DNA of 64,000 nucleotides from Carcharhinus longimanus (Eukaryota), in the NCBI GenBank assembly GCA_030264375.1, contig JASCQW010000162.1, positions 45,044,001 to 45,108,000 on the forward strand. Reading direction: 5' to 3'. The notes beneath the pieces were generated by a model, which saw only the letters and a list, made by a program, of their open reading frames with translations, ran no database searches and was not told where the DNA came from. Within the stretch, counting starts at the first letter, position 1, and each line of letters begins with the position of its first letter. The translations under genes were made by a program, and so were the position numbers. This document shows, piece by piece, positions 37,461 through 51,010 of the stretch.

Positions 37461-40400
37461 ATGGTCCGATGGTAGGGGAGTCAGTGAATAAATAAGATGA
37501 TGGATAAGTTACTGGTCAAATAGACTGCTTTATCCTGGCTGGTGTTGAGATCTTGAGTGTTGTCGGGCCTGCATTCACGAAAAGGTTTCGAGAGGCTGAA
37601 GGTTAGTTGCTCATTGCAGAACTTCCAACCTCTGACTTGCTCTTGGAGGCTCAGTATTGATGTTGGAGACCTAGTTAGGTTTCTAGTCAATGGTGGCCTT
37701 CTGGATGTAGTGATTTGGGGATTAGGTGATGGTAGTGACACTGAAAATCAAAAGGAGATGAGGCTCCCTCTGGTGGGAGATAGTCATTGCCTGACCCTTG
37801 TGTTACATAACTGTTATTTGGAAAATGTCTGTCTACAGGTGTATGGTGGAGTACAATGTGAAACTCAGCTTAAATATAACCAAAAGTTAAATAACTTGTT
37901 AACACCCACAATGTAAACCCACACTTAGAGTGCCATTTCGGACAAGGTTCTGAAGAGTGATTAGTCCCTGAGGAACTACAGTCAACTTTGAGTCAGCACC
38001 TTCAGGAGGAGAACATAGTTTGTGGGTAGGTGGAAAATGTTTGAAAACTTTTAGAAACGAGTAGCATTTTTTATGTTTGGGTTTTGTTGAATAAGTTTGG
38101 AAACATCATTTGCTGAATTTGTCACAGAGCTTTTTTTTCTGAAAACAAACTCAGATTAATTTCCACAATTTAATGCAGAATTTTATACAATCAGATCATA
38201 AAAGTTTTTTTCAGGATTAAATGCACTTATTGTGTGTTTTAAGATGGTGGTTGTGCCTGGGCCATATTATCACAAGCTAACCATCTACCAGTGATAGCCA
38301 TTTCAAATGCATGTTGACCATGGAGTCCATTAACTGTTTACATTGATTTCCAATAATATTTTAGCATAAAAATTCAGAAAAAATCAATTCTTTTGGAACA
38401 ATTTGTGATAAACTCGTACATGTCTATTGAGTAACGTTTTATGCCCTGAGTGGTTTACTGCTGATAAGAATGCTCCAGGAATCAACCTGCAGTTGATTAA
38501 CAGCAAAATAATTAGATTTTAGTAATTTCTGCATGGTTCTTTGAGAACAAGAAAAAGAAAGTAGCCTCGAGGCACAGTGTGTCAGTTAAGGTATTTCAAT
38601 GTGACCTTCTCACTTAAAGCATGGAGTTACAGGAAGGGCAGAACTAGTCTGCAGAAAATCATACTGCAAGTTCTGAATGAAAGCAGGACTAGTGGACAGC
38701 ATCCACCCCCTGCCTGTGGTACCAGGGTGTTTCCATCCGTAAAGAGATGATTCTCATATGCCCGAGAGTAAAAGTTGGATTTCCTGAAGAATTGACAATT
38801 TTCAGTTTTGAAATTTGCAAAAGCTTTATGAGACAGGGTACAGACAAAATAACTAAGTATGTATGTTGGCATTCAATCAACAGTGCAGTCATTACTGCTT
38901 CTCTCTGAAAAAAGAACCTTTCCAACATTTTCAACCTCTGGCCTCTCTCAGATGAGATTACTAAGAAAGCACCATTTTATTCCATAGACTAACGTCCACT
39001 GGGAACAAAGTTAAGACGGCAAAAACTAATTTAACTTGGTATTAAGTGCTGAGATGAATTCATAAATTCATGGTGAAATTTATAGTGAATGGGAAAGAAA
39101 CTAAAACCCTCTGAATAGTTGAAAGACTGTATTGGTTTTCAATTTTATGGCAATTTAACCTCAGATCTTTTTAAAAAAAACTAATAATTTCATAATCTGC
39201 TTGTATGACATTCTGAAAGAAATCTTGGAAATACATTATCTACTTATTAAATTGCATTAATGAGAAAAGAATGAGATATGTACTTTTATTATGATATGGG
39301 ATGAATTGCATTGATCTTTGGTATATTATAAAGCAGCAAGCCTCAATGCACATTCCAATTGNNNNNGAATTTGCATTTCTGACAAAAATAGCCTATGATT
39401 TGCCTTCTTTAAAATGTGATATTTGAGTCTGTTCATTATTGTTTAACTGTGACTACAAGGGAAATTTGAGATCTATACTAGAAAGCATTAGCAAAACAAT
39501 GTTTCCTATCTGTAAGTGCTGTAGCTTGTGTGCAAGGAAAACGCTGTCGGAATCAGTTGAAATGCTTTTGCAAAAGCTAAACCTTCGTTTACTCATTGTG
39601 TCACATTAAATGTATCTTCTGGCGAAAGGCTAGAGGTTCCTGTTCCAAAAGAACCCTTGTTTACATGAACCTATACAGCATTTCATATCAGGAAGTGACT
39701 GAGCATTACTTAAACTGAAGGCAGGAACAAATTCATGTTCAATTATGGTTAACATCTCAGCTTGAGATTGAGCAAAACTATACTATAATGCTGCAACTTT
39801 GGCAACTGTACCTAGTCAGGAATTTGAGTGTGTTAATAAAAAAGTTATTGCTCACACAGCTTGCTTTCTATTCTATTTTTAGTATTCCAGAGAGTGACTA
39901 CCTACTTGGCTTGTTTCAACAAGGAAAAATTGCATGAGCAATCAGAGGTCAGTCTAATTCTGACCTATTTACTCACTCCACAACTGTTCTGAAGCACAGC
40001 ATTAAAGAACATTGGCCCCAAAAACATGCAGGTCTTTTGGCAAATTCTTTCATAACTTCAGCTTGAGTTCAGCAAGAGGTCCCACAAAATATGCCAGCCA
40101 CAGCCTTCCCTGTAGACTTTGGGAAATTCTCCTGAGATCCCTACGTGTGGTCTCTTGCAAAGCAGAGGGAAGGCAAGGAATGGGAATTTCTGCTTCTCCT
40201 GCTAACCCGATGTTAATTTGGTGCTCTTCCGCCGATCTAAGTCATTCTGGCAGCACTCATTGGGTAACTGCTGGGATGGTGGCCTGTGACAACTCAGAAT
40301 CAAGTGTGTCAGCTTGGAATAATCCAAGCTTAACCTGAAACTGACTACATCTGTAGCCTGTATATACAACCATGAAAGCATTTTTTGTGGCTGGAATAGA

Positions 40401-43219
40401 ATCAAAATGTTTTAAAATGTGTCACAAATACCATAAATATACTTTGGGACCTACATCACAGCTGATCTGTAGAAATTATTCCAGCAATCTAGAGTTTTGG
40501 TCATGTTTAGTATATGCAACAATGCTTGTAAAAGATGATGCTGCATCACAGCATGCTTTTAAGAGATCTCCACTAGCTTCCTTCATGATTTCATTTCTAA
40601 GATTCCTTGTCAACTTTTTCTAATTACTTCGAAGTCTTTCTGGTAGCCAGAAGTCAGTAATGCATATGTGTTTGTGTACTTAAGGCATTTCCGCTACTCT
40701 GTCACAGTAAAAATGCACAACTTACCTTCACCTCCCTGAACATATTACTGATCAAAATGCAACAAATTGTAGATTGCTTGCTATAGTATATCTTCAATAT
40801 AAGATTCAGTGAGAGTACAGATTACATGCTTTAAGATTCAAAACACTAGTGTCCATTGAGCTGTGAGATAGATCAACTCCACTTTATAGGCTAACAGTGG
40901 AGGATTAGCTCTACCATGGTAGGTAGTCACTTCATTATATTAAGAGCTATATTTCCAAATTCATTTAAATGATAAGTGAATTGAAAGACTGGAATTGTTT
41001 CACTCTAAATGGAAATTCACTGTATTGAGTTCACTTTAAGCAAGTTCCACTGGCTAAGCCTTAATGCTGCAAGTGTACTGATTGCTGGGAGGTGAAGCAG
41101 TAAAAGCTGAAATGATATGAGTATTAAATTTAGTCATTTGACTTAATTATATCCAAACCTCCATTATAACAAGGGAAAAACACCTGAAAACTGAACTATG
41201 GAACTCTTCAAATAAGCGTTATAAATTCTCCCTAATTAACAATTGACCAGAACTGAATGGGGACTGACAACACCAAAGAAGAAGTATACAATTTCTCTTT
41301 TCCTGGCCAATATTCTGGACTGGCCCTACAGCTGGATTAAAGTAAATAAGCAAATAAACTTGAAAACATCACAAACTGCTCCCGGTGCATGAACTGTAAT
41401 ATTTGTCGTCATGGTTCACAAAATTGATCATCTATGCAAACTTATTCCAGCTGCTACTGGCTAGGACAATAACCAGAAAACAAATCCACACTTAAATTCC
41501 AAAAATTAGACAAAGATCAGCATGTTAAACTTAAACAATCCGAATCTACATAACAAATGTGTAAACCTTCAAGTGTAGTTGACCAACAAGGATCAACTCT
41601 CACTGAACCTAGGTAACATTCTCGTCATCACTGGTACAGTAATAAAATACTTTGATGTTAACAGCGCCTTAGGTGCAGTCACCATCAACTCACATAGCAT
41701 AAACTTTTTGCGATTCTGTGAAACAGTGCTTTTGTCAACTGCAAGTTTTATATGTTTTTTTTAAGTATCTGATACCATATTATTTTGTCTCCAGTTTGTA
41801 ACAGAACTTCTAAAAGCTTGAGTTATATGTAAATCTGAGGATTGAAATGAAATCTGCTCTGTGACCTTTTGTAACTTTAAATTTAAAGTGTACGTATCTG
41901 ATTGTGCATGAGTAAACCCAAATAAGTTACTGGTAAATTGAAGTTTTTCAGTTTCTTATCAGTGGCATTTTTCTCTCTTCTGCTCATATGTTCTCAATCA
42001 TCAACCTTCATAATATTTTCATATGAAAAAAAATTACAATGAACTATGACTATACAATGCAGGACAATCTTTTTTTTAACCATTGTATCATTTTACATTT
42101 TTAATATATCCATTATGGCCTTTACATAACTTGAATGCGTACCTGTTTGGAATAAGTCTAAATATGTCTACATAAAAAATTGTATCAATTCTATGTCAAA
42201 GAAAGCTAAAGAGGACAATTGTTAGGATGAAATTTAGATCTATATAGGCATNNNNNNNNNTTCAAAATTAGATAGAATTACATAAATAAAAATCAATACT
42301 ATAATGCATTGTAATCACTAAATTTTGAAAAACAATGATTTAACTTGATAATCTTACCAAAAAGGTATATAACATGCTGAATTTTTTTGTGTGTATTATA
42401 TTTTACATAATATAGTTGCAAAACCCACTTTCAGCTTTCCAGTCATTAGTTTGTATTCCGAATCAAAGTGTATCAATTTAATAAGCTAACAAATCACCTG
42501 ATCATTTAATGTGAGGTATCGATAAATGAGCAAAACAGAAAAGAATATTTGGATAAATGAGATTTTACTTATCCTAAGACAGACTATGATAAGACAAAAG
42601 TTCAGACTAAAAGAAGGAGGTGCTCTTGGAATTCATCCAGAATTGTTACCTTAATTACTATATTATGCATTCAGTAAAGAAAGATGCAGTCCTGGATTGA
42701 GTTCCAGGTAATGCAGCAGATAATAAATGGGATAGATTCTGTCAGTGGTATGGAAGCCATTCTTCTTCGGCAATCTTTATCCAAACAATAAAGGCTAAAA
42801 CCTAACTAAAATGTAACAAAGGAGACCGTTTCAACTAGCTGATGAATTAGTAACAAGTGGGTATAGATTGCATAGTTCCTTGCAAAATAAAAGGAGAAGT
42901 TAAAAGTATTATTTTCACAAAGCCGCTTAATAGAACATGGAACACTTTATCAAATGAGGTTATTACCAAGAGACTTTGTGCAAATTTTTTTCCAAGCAAA
43001 CATGCATACAATGAGGAGGACAGTAGCAGGCTGGAAATCTGTTTGTGCTGTCAGTCTGTTTTGCTTTGCTTCTTTAACCCTATTCACAGCAAAGAATCCT
43101 ACTTCTGGGTTTCACCAACAATCAGAGGGCATGCAGGATGATAAAGGGATTTTTTTAGTTAAAGGAACCATGGCAAGGACCAGAATGGCTGAACTATTGA
43201 CTGATACCTGAGGCTGCAT

Positions 43220-43380
43220 TGGCTACCGCAATGGAAAGGAGGCTTAGGATGTCTGCTCCTAGTCTCCCACTCTTACCTGGAGGTCCTGCTGCAGGATTTG
43301 TAGAGGTGAATGAGTTAATGTTTGCCATGGATGGGAAGAATGGGCCATCCTGTCCAATTTACGGTCTTTTGACTAAGATC
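43220..43380 (+). mobile_element. Possible Myb/SANT-like ORF remnant of a Harbinger transposon
   Basis: Frameshifted reading AP..SHSYLEVLLQD...ELMFAMDGKNGP resembles the N-terminus of Harbinger Myb/SANT-like proteins. Confidence 0.35.
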
Positions 43381-45605
43381 AAGCATCAGATCAAGCCCAA
43401 GATGGGGTGAAGTGCCTTATCTTGCCAGCTTGAATCTTGCTTGTCTCTCTTATTGGATTCAATTAGATTGTGAATTTGATTTATGGAGCAAGCGAGGAAT
43501 GGATTTGGATCTTGATCCACTCTGAGCATTGGCTTTGTAACTTTAAGGATGGAGTAAAAGAAAGAGGATGGAATTGATTGAGGAAGTGATCATTGGTCCC
43601 TACAACCTGGAGACACTGTATTCAGAGGGTTCAGGAGGCCAAAAAAGGTAAGTGCAGCAACAAATCCCAGGTGTCAAGCTCCACACCCTGACTTTCCCAC
43701 CATTTTCCTACACAGTACTCCTCAAACGATTACATCTCACAGCACCACTCATTCCTGTCTGCCCAGGCAGCTCCATACAGCCCCATCTGTGCAGTCAATG
43801 GGCAGATTTATCTTCAGATTTGTGTCATTTCATATTCATGCCTCACTCATGATCTGAACATGCCTTGGAAGAGAAGAGAGCACACAGAGGCAGAGACCAA
43901 GAATGGGAGGACAAAGCCCTTCAATAGTGGCTATCTTGGCAGCCACCAAAGTGCTTGCCCATCTAATCCAGTCCAGTAGGAAAGAGGTCCTGTTCCAAGA
44001 TGCTGGAGATGTCAGAAATGATCTGCCTTGAGAACCTGAGCTGATATGTTGAAAAGCATGTTCCACTGCCTTTAGATCCTGCGTTGAGCATTTGGCCATA
44101 TCTCAGTGCCCATCTCCACTGCCCTGTATAACAACATGTGGCTACATAGACTGCTCCCATGCCACAGTGAAGGGAAGTGAAGATAAAGTTAAGTCCCAGA
44201 CAGGTGAACTGACATCCAAGAAATTGGAAATCACCTCTCAAGTGCTAACTGCACACTCTGAGGAGGAGTGTGGTGTGCAGTAGCCATTCACCGAGGCATG
44301 GTTGCAGCTACTCACTTTCACTGTTTGTAGGCTTCCCAGACCATCAACTTCACATTGTGGCCCTGATACAGCTCAGGAAACCCAAGTTGGTAAAGGCAGA
44401 ATGCTGGATTAAATCATAAGGAATTGACTGGCTTGGATTTTCACAATAACATAGAGCATTTGGAAGCAGTGGCAGCAGCTGAAATCTAGATCTCCTGTTC
44501 CCAACAATGGCACCTACTGTTTTCACATGACAGGAATGGATCTGGGTTGGGAATTGCACACGCACATTTCACAGAGACAGCTGCATTTATAAGTTGCCAG
44601 TGCATCCACTCATGTCTAACTTTGGTGACCCAGGTATATGAAACATCATGTGCACAGATTAGACTGAGTGCAGCATGTCTAAAATTTGTGGAGTTCTTTG
44701 GGAGGTGGGCTACCATTTTGAGGAGATAGGGTATCTATTTTGATTTGGTCCCAGAACACCTTTCACAGAAGTCAGGTCCCTCTTGGGAGAGATAAGGTGC
44801 TTCTTGGAATTATTAAATGTAGATTTGAAAATGTATTTTAAGTGCATAAGCTCATTAACTGTCAAGGTCCTTGGAACTGTCACATGTGTTGAAACAAACT
44901 GTTAAAGAAAAATGTCAAAAGCAACTGTCAAACTGTCAAGCTATTTACAATATCTGCCTTTTAATCTTTGACAAAATGTCGGGAGTGTTTTTAAAAATGC
45001 TTGTCTTTTCACTTTGTTGACATAAGCTTGAGGTTTGCCTTTACTATATTAGTGCTGCATGAGGAATTTCACAACCTTCCATTATCACAGTAGGGTGCCT
45101 GCCATTTCGCAGTTTGATAGATCTAAGTGTTGGTATGAGTTGCTATTAAGTTGGCATAGGGGCTATAAAGTGCTATTGGAATAAGAAGGGCATTTGCGGT
45201 AACATAGGAGCCATAAAGAGCTATGGCATGTGTGGAGAGATTGGATTTGCATGGATGGAGCATGGGAAGTGTGTGGGGATGAGGGGTGAGGTTGGAAAGA
45301 CATTTAATGTTCTACTTTTTGTTTTTAATTTCAATACAACGCCGGAACCCAGAGGCAGGCTTTTTGCCTCCACACCCAGCAGACTCCACACTCATTCTGG
45401 GGCCACTAGCCCCACTCCCAGAGAACTCCACCAGCCCAGAACCAAAATTCCAACTTCCGGTGCACTCTCTCAAGTGTCAGATTTGGAGATCAGAAAATGA
45501 CTTAACTCCGAGTTCCCAACCTGGGAGCAAATTTCAGACGTGTTATATTGTAATTGCCTATTCCATAGCTCGCCAGGGATTTCCCACTCACCTGCAACTG
45601 ACCCA

Positions 45606-45812
45606 GGGCTGGAATTCTTCAACTGATCACACCAGCAGGATCTTCTGGTCCCGCCGATGGCGCATCCCTGTTGCGGGTTTCCTGGCGGTGTGGGGTGCAG
45701 TCAATGGGAAATCCTATTGACGGTGTCAGGACCAGAAGATTTAGTCGCCAGTGAATGGCGCCCTGCCTCCTGCCACAAGAAACATGTGGAGGGGAGGCCA
45801 GAGAATTCCCCC
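45606..45812. mobile_element. ~205 bp MITE
   Basis: Termini gggctggaattct / agaattccccc; internal palindrome gtcaatgggaaatcctattgac; GC/CpG-rich, so probably young. Confidence 0.7.
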
Positions 45813-48800
45813 TAGGTTGAACCCATCTTGGATTCATAAACGAACGCCACTCTTTGGAGCTTTAACCCATTCCACTGCCTACACCCAAATACATCTCCCC
45901 TTGACAATTAAATCTCTGTCCTGTGGCACCATTTAAAAAAAAATAATGGTTTAAACATTTTACAATGACAGAATAAAATGTAAGATAATGAAATTGCAGT
46001 GGTGAGCTCCAGTTCATCAGTTCACACTAGCTGAACACGACAGAACAACTGGCCTCCTTCCATGCTGTAATTTCTATAAAAATCAACAATCTTGTTTTAA
46101 GTCACCACACACTACAATAATTACCCTGACATATTTTCCAATATTTAAAGTCTATGTTGAACATCATCAACAAACCTGCCTTGAATGACTTCAACTCCGT
46201 GGAAAATGTAATCAACAACTACACAACTTGCCACCAAGTGTTAAAATTAATCTCAAATATGATGTGCCTATCAGATCTGTGTCATTCAACTGGCCTATGG
46301 TAAGTGGCTCAGTAATAGTTCAATACTATAATGAGATGGTTGTAGCTTTGAATGAGAACTATAATTTGGACACACTCCACGGCTGTGTTAATCATTTTTG
46401 GAATATTATAAGAATACTGTACTATCAACAGATGCAGAATGTCTTAACATTAGCCAAATAACTTAAATATCAATTCATAGCAATTGGAGCAATTTATTCG
46501 CTGAAAATTCCATTTTCTTACCAAATTCTCTGGCAAAGATAAATAGTTAAAAGGTGTTGAAATTTTTTTTCTCGTTTTTCACTTGGTTCCTTTTAACGTG
46601 ATAAAAGAACAATGTAAAATATTTGTTTTTGATGGATTGAAGACATTCATTACAGATTTTACCGCATTTTGTTTATCTATAAATTTAAAGAATGATTTGC
46701 ACAGCAGTCAGCCACATTATAGAAAAACTTAAAGCTTGATAAATGGGAAACATTGTACAGGGGGTTGTGGGTTGTGGACTGCTCCACTCCTGCCCCGCCA
46801 GGTGATGCAATAAGAAAGTGGGGGCTGACATCTGGAGGGTTGCCCTGATGCACGCAGGTCAGCCCCCCAAATGAGGTTCTCCATTCTTTCCTGACCTTTA
46901 TCATTTAGGCCATTAGGAACAGCCTGCCCACTCCCGCCCTGCCTGCCCATGCCAGCTATACTATGGCATGAGGAGCATTATATCCAGATCAATAGACTTG
47001 CTAGCAAGCCTATTGTTGGGTGGGTGGGCTGCCAATTCTTGTGCCCACCTGCCAACTGTTGAAGGTGGGCAGAAAAATGTTGGGCTTCCTGATCTATTTT
47101 ATATGCTTTTCCTTACCCTATCTTATCAAAAACATGCCCTGCAGGAGCATGTAAAATCCAGCCCTGGGTAAGAAAGCAGCTACCTGTAGTTCTAGTTTTA
47201 ACTGTGTTTTAATAAGTGAACTTGAAACAATGTAGCATAAATATTTTACTATGGGGCCATTCACGCCACACTCCCGCTGCAGCCAAGTTGGAGAATTTGA
47301 CAGCCAGCCAAATCTCTGTTCACTGCGGCAGGATGGGAAAATCCCGTTGGCTGTGAACGGTGGTGTGATTTCCAAGACTTTTATTTAAAAAGTTATACAC
47401 CAGAATTTTCCCCTCCCACCTACCAAAGGAATCGTCGCAAGCAGGACACTGACTATGCAAAGATCTGTTGACCTCAGGAGAGATTTTCCAGACTTGGGAT
47501 GACTGTAGCCAAAAAATCCCACCCATATGCTTTTTAACTTTGAACACGAAAGGAGGAAGTAAAAAAACTTTTTTTTATTTTTAAATCCATGACCTTTAAA
47601 TCTTATATTGAAATATTTCCATATTTTTTGAAAATTCAGAAAATAAAGTACAACCGCAAAAAATAGCTGGAAACAAAGGCCCTTACATTATGCTGTGAGA
47701 TACTGAAACATGACTGTTTAACTCTGAAATTCTCCTGCTAATTTAGCACAGGCACTAACACAGTTAAAATAAATGGATTAGGTTTTTCTCTAAAAGAACA
47801 GGGAAAGGAATTTCAGACAAACTCTGTGTCTTGGGCCTCATGGCCTGCAGTGTAATTTCAGAGCAAATTAAATTGTTAACTTGGCTACTTGAATTACTGT
47901 CAGGCAAGTGGCATTCGATAGATACAAACAGAAGCTGGAAAATCAGTAAACAAGGATACTAACAATTTTTATTAGCATAAGTACGGAAAAAGATCCAGCG
48001 AAGTGTCATTCGTTTCCTCCTAGCCAAATTAGTATCCTTTACATTTACATTTGAAAACTAGGACAATTCAGATTTCTGCAAAGGAGGTGGTGTTGATCTG
48101 AATAGGCAGGCATAAGCAATAAATGTAACTCTTCTAAACTTAATGAAATGAAAATAAAAATGGAAATCCTTGGCTCTCATCCCCAAAAATACACAAGGAT
48201 TTCTCATGTACACTTTTCAATTGCCATCAGCTGATGCTAGAATGCAACCTAATATTTGATGACCTAAGGATGTTGTTCGTTTCCTGGAAGTAAAATTTCA
48301 TAAATAACATAAATCAGAAAATTCTTCCGAAATAACGAGAAATCATTGGAAGGATCTAGGGTGTGAAATTGGGTCTTTGGCAATAATTTTCAAAACAGCT
48401 GATTAAGAATCAGTAGCACATTTTGCACTTTGCCTGATTCTTTTACCCAGATTATTTTATCTTTTCCTACTAGTAACTAGTAATTGATAGTTAGAATCAA
48501 TACCAAATAAGCAAACTAAAAACAACTAGCAGTAGAAAAACTTGAATTTAATACGTCAACAGGAATGTAAACTAAAGAATCACTATGCTATTTGATTCAA
48601 ATAAATGCTCTTTTGCTTACTACTGCTAATATTTTGTACATTGGTGATTTGTAGAAAAGTGTTTTGAAGATGGTGAGGCTAAGATACTTTCTCTATATTT
48701 AGATTCGGTGTCTAGATATATATCTAAGTAAAATGCACAACCATCACATAATTCACTTCTGGTGGTGCCAATTTAACAATATTCAGGGTTGAGACTGAGC

Positions 48801-49984
48801 AGCATTTTAATAGTGACAGAGAAACAAAGGGCTCTTAGCATAAAATTTGTGAAATCAAGTTCTAATTTGAAGTAAATGAAACAGTATTGCAATGCCCGCA
48901 CAGATTCTGTGAGGGAGTGTTGAATTAAATTGCTCCTGACATCATTAAAATCGCAGCCGTTAAGAGTAATTTGATGTGAATAAACAGTAAAATATTTCAC
49001 AGCTAGATATCACACAAAAAGCCCATGGTACTGGTAAAGTCAGTGAAGGAATGCTGCCTTTAATACCAAAGCCCATCTGTGAAAACCATAGACCATGTTA
49101 AGTGAATCAAATTTTCTGATGGACGATTATATTTCATTTCTCTTTCCTCTGAACCAGAAAACTGCACTGTATTAAAAAAAATACATTTTATTCACAGATT
49201 AATAATCCATCTTTTGCCACTGTGGTGCATCATCTCGAGAATCAAATTGCTAGCAAAAGCTATACCGTATTTCATTATTCTCAAGCTAAATAAGGTCTTC
49301 CTCATACATATTTTCTTGCAGCGAATTAACATTCTTGTTTCAAACTCTACTGACAGTTTTTAGATTCAGAAATGTATTATACAGGAGCTGATGACATACT
49401 CCTTTCTGACNNNNNNNNNNNTGCTTTCTGTCATTTACAGAACATGCTGTCAGTGGAATCCTGATAAATGCTCTTGAAGATGTCACAGCAAAGCTTGGCC
49501 TTAATGCGAAACACATGCGGGTCAGTAACCCTCCATTCATCATCAAGAAGAGGGTCAAGCTACTGCTGGATCATTGATGGTCAAAAGCAATTAACCCTTT
49601 CATTTACTATTTCTGACAGGAGTATTTGGAGTGGGATTCTCCATTGCCCTGGATTAATCACCAATGTGGGTAGTTTCATCTTTTTTATTACTTTACAAGC
49701 TGTTAATGTCAGACCAAACTTTGACAAGTCAAAATAATAGGAGGAAAGAAAGCACAACTGATTTCCAAAACTGCACTTTGTATATGGTTTAAGGCCATTT
49801 CCTTTTTAAAAATCTGTTAAATATTTTGACATTTATCTTGTTTTTTTTTTCACTTTATATAATCTCAGCACTTCCACTGAAGTCAGTGGAAAATAAAATC
49901 GGTCAACATGTAAAACAGGCAGCCTGACCCAATCCCGTCAATTTCTTTTTGGTCGGGTTAGGTTAAAAATATCCCCAGAGAGTT

Positions 49985-51010
49985 TTCTTTCTGTGGGTGT
50001 CCTTGTGGACTAGTCGTCTATGTGGCACTTTATCAAAAGCTTTGCTGCAAGCTGATTAAACAACATCCACTGTGTTCCCCCTTCCAAGGAGTTTGTTATC
50101 TCCTCAAAGAACTCTAACAGATTCGTCAGGCATGTTCTCCCTCNNNNNNNNNNNNNNNNNNNNNNNNNNNNNNNNNNNNNNNNNNNNNNNNNNNNNNNNN
50201 NNNNNNNNNNNNNNNNNNNNNNNNNNNNNNNNNNNNNNNNNNNATGATCTCCCTCTTATAAAGCCATACTGGCTCCCTATTATACTGCTGTGTTTCTCTA
50301 GGTTCCTTCAGGATGCTATCCACTGCTTTCCTGATCATCTTTTTCTGTTATTTTTTAATGGATCGTGTGATTACGCCAAAGGTATTTTTAGATTTAACTT
50401 CTCTATGGTCGTTGAATGTTTCAGCAAGGTCTCCGGTGTTCACATTCCCATTTTCCATAGCTTTTCCATACAGCTCTGGTGCCTAAGATGTCAGTCAGTC
50501 TTTTTTCCCTTATTGACCTCTCTTTGCTGCAAAATGTTCAGTTAATACAATGATCGGAACTTTACGCTACTTGTATAGTGGAAGGGGAATGGTTTTGAAC
50601 AAGTTCATTGTCACTTTCTCTGCTTTTAAACTCATCCCTCCATCTATGCAGTTCAAAAATCTTGTTTTTCCCTTTTTTGAAAACTGCCACACACTGTGCT
50701 AATGTTTTCAGCGAGTTATCTATGAGTACCCCCAAATAGTTCTTCTATGCTCTATGTTGTACATAAGTCCCTTTTACTTTGTCAGGTTATTTCAATGTCC
50801 TCACTTTTGGATAAATTTGAGTATTAACATATAGTATTGATTCTCTGACCAGTACTCCCTTTCAGAGTGGGCCAGTGAATTTAGTCTCCAAATTCAACTT
50901 TCCCCAATCTGATCATTTGTACTATTCCATTATATTAAATACATTTGCCACTTGCCAGACTAGCTTCTTAATCTAACAAAATAAATTACCCATAGTTTTG
51001 CATGAAGTTT
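49985..51010 (-). mobile_element. Old CR1-clade LINE fragments
   Basis: tgtggcactttatcaaaagctttgctgcaag..aacatccac (reverse of VDV...KAFDKVPH). Confidence 0.55.
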
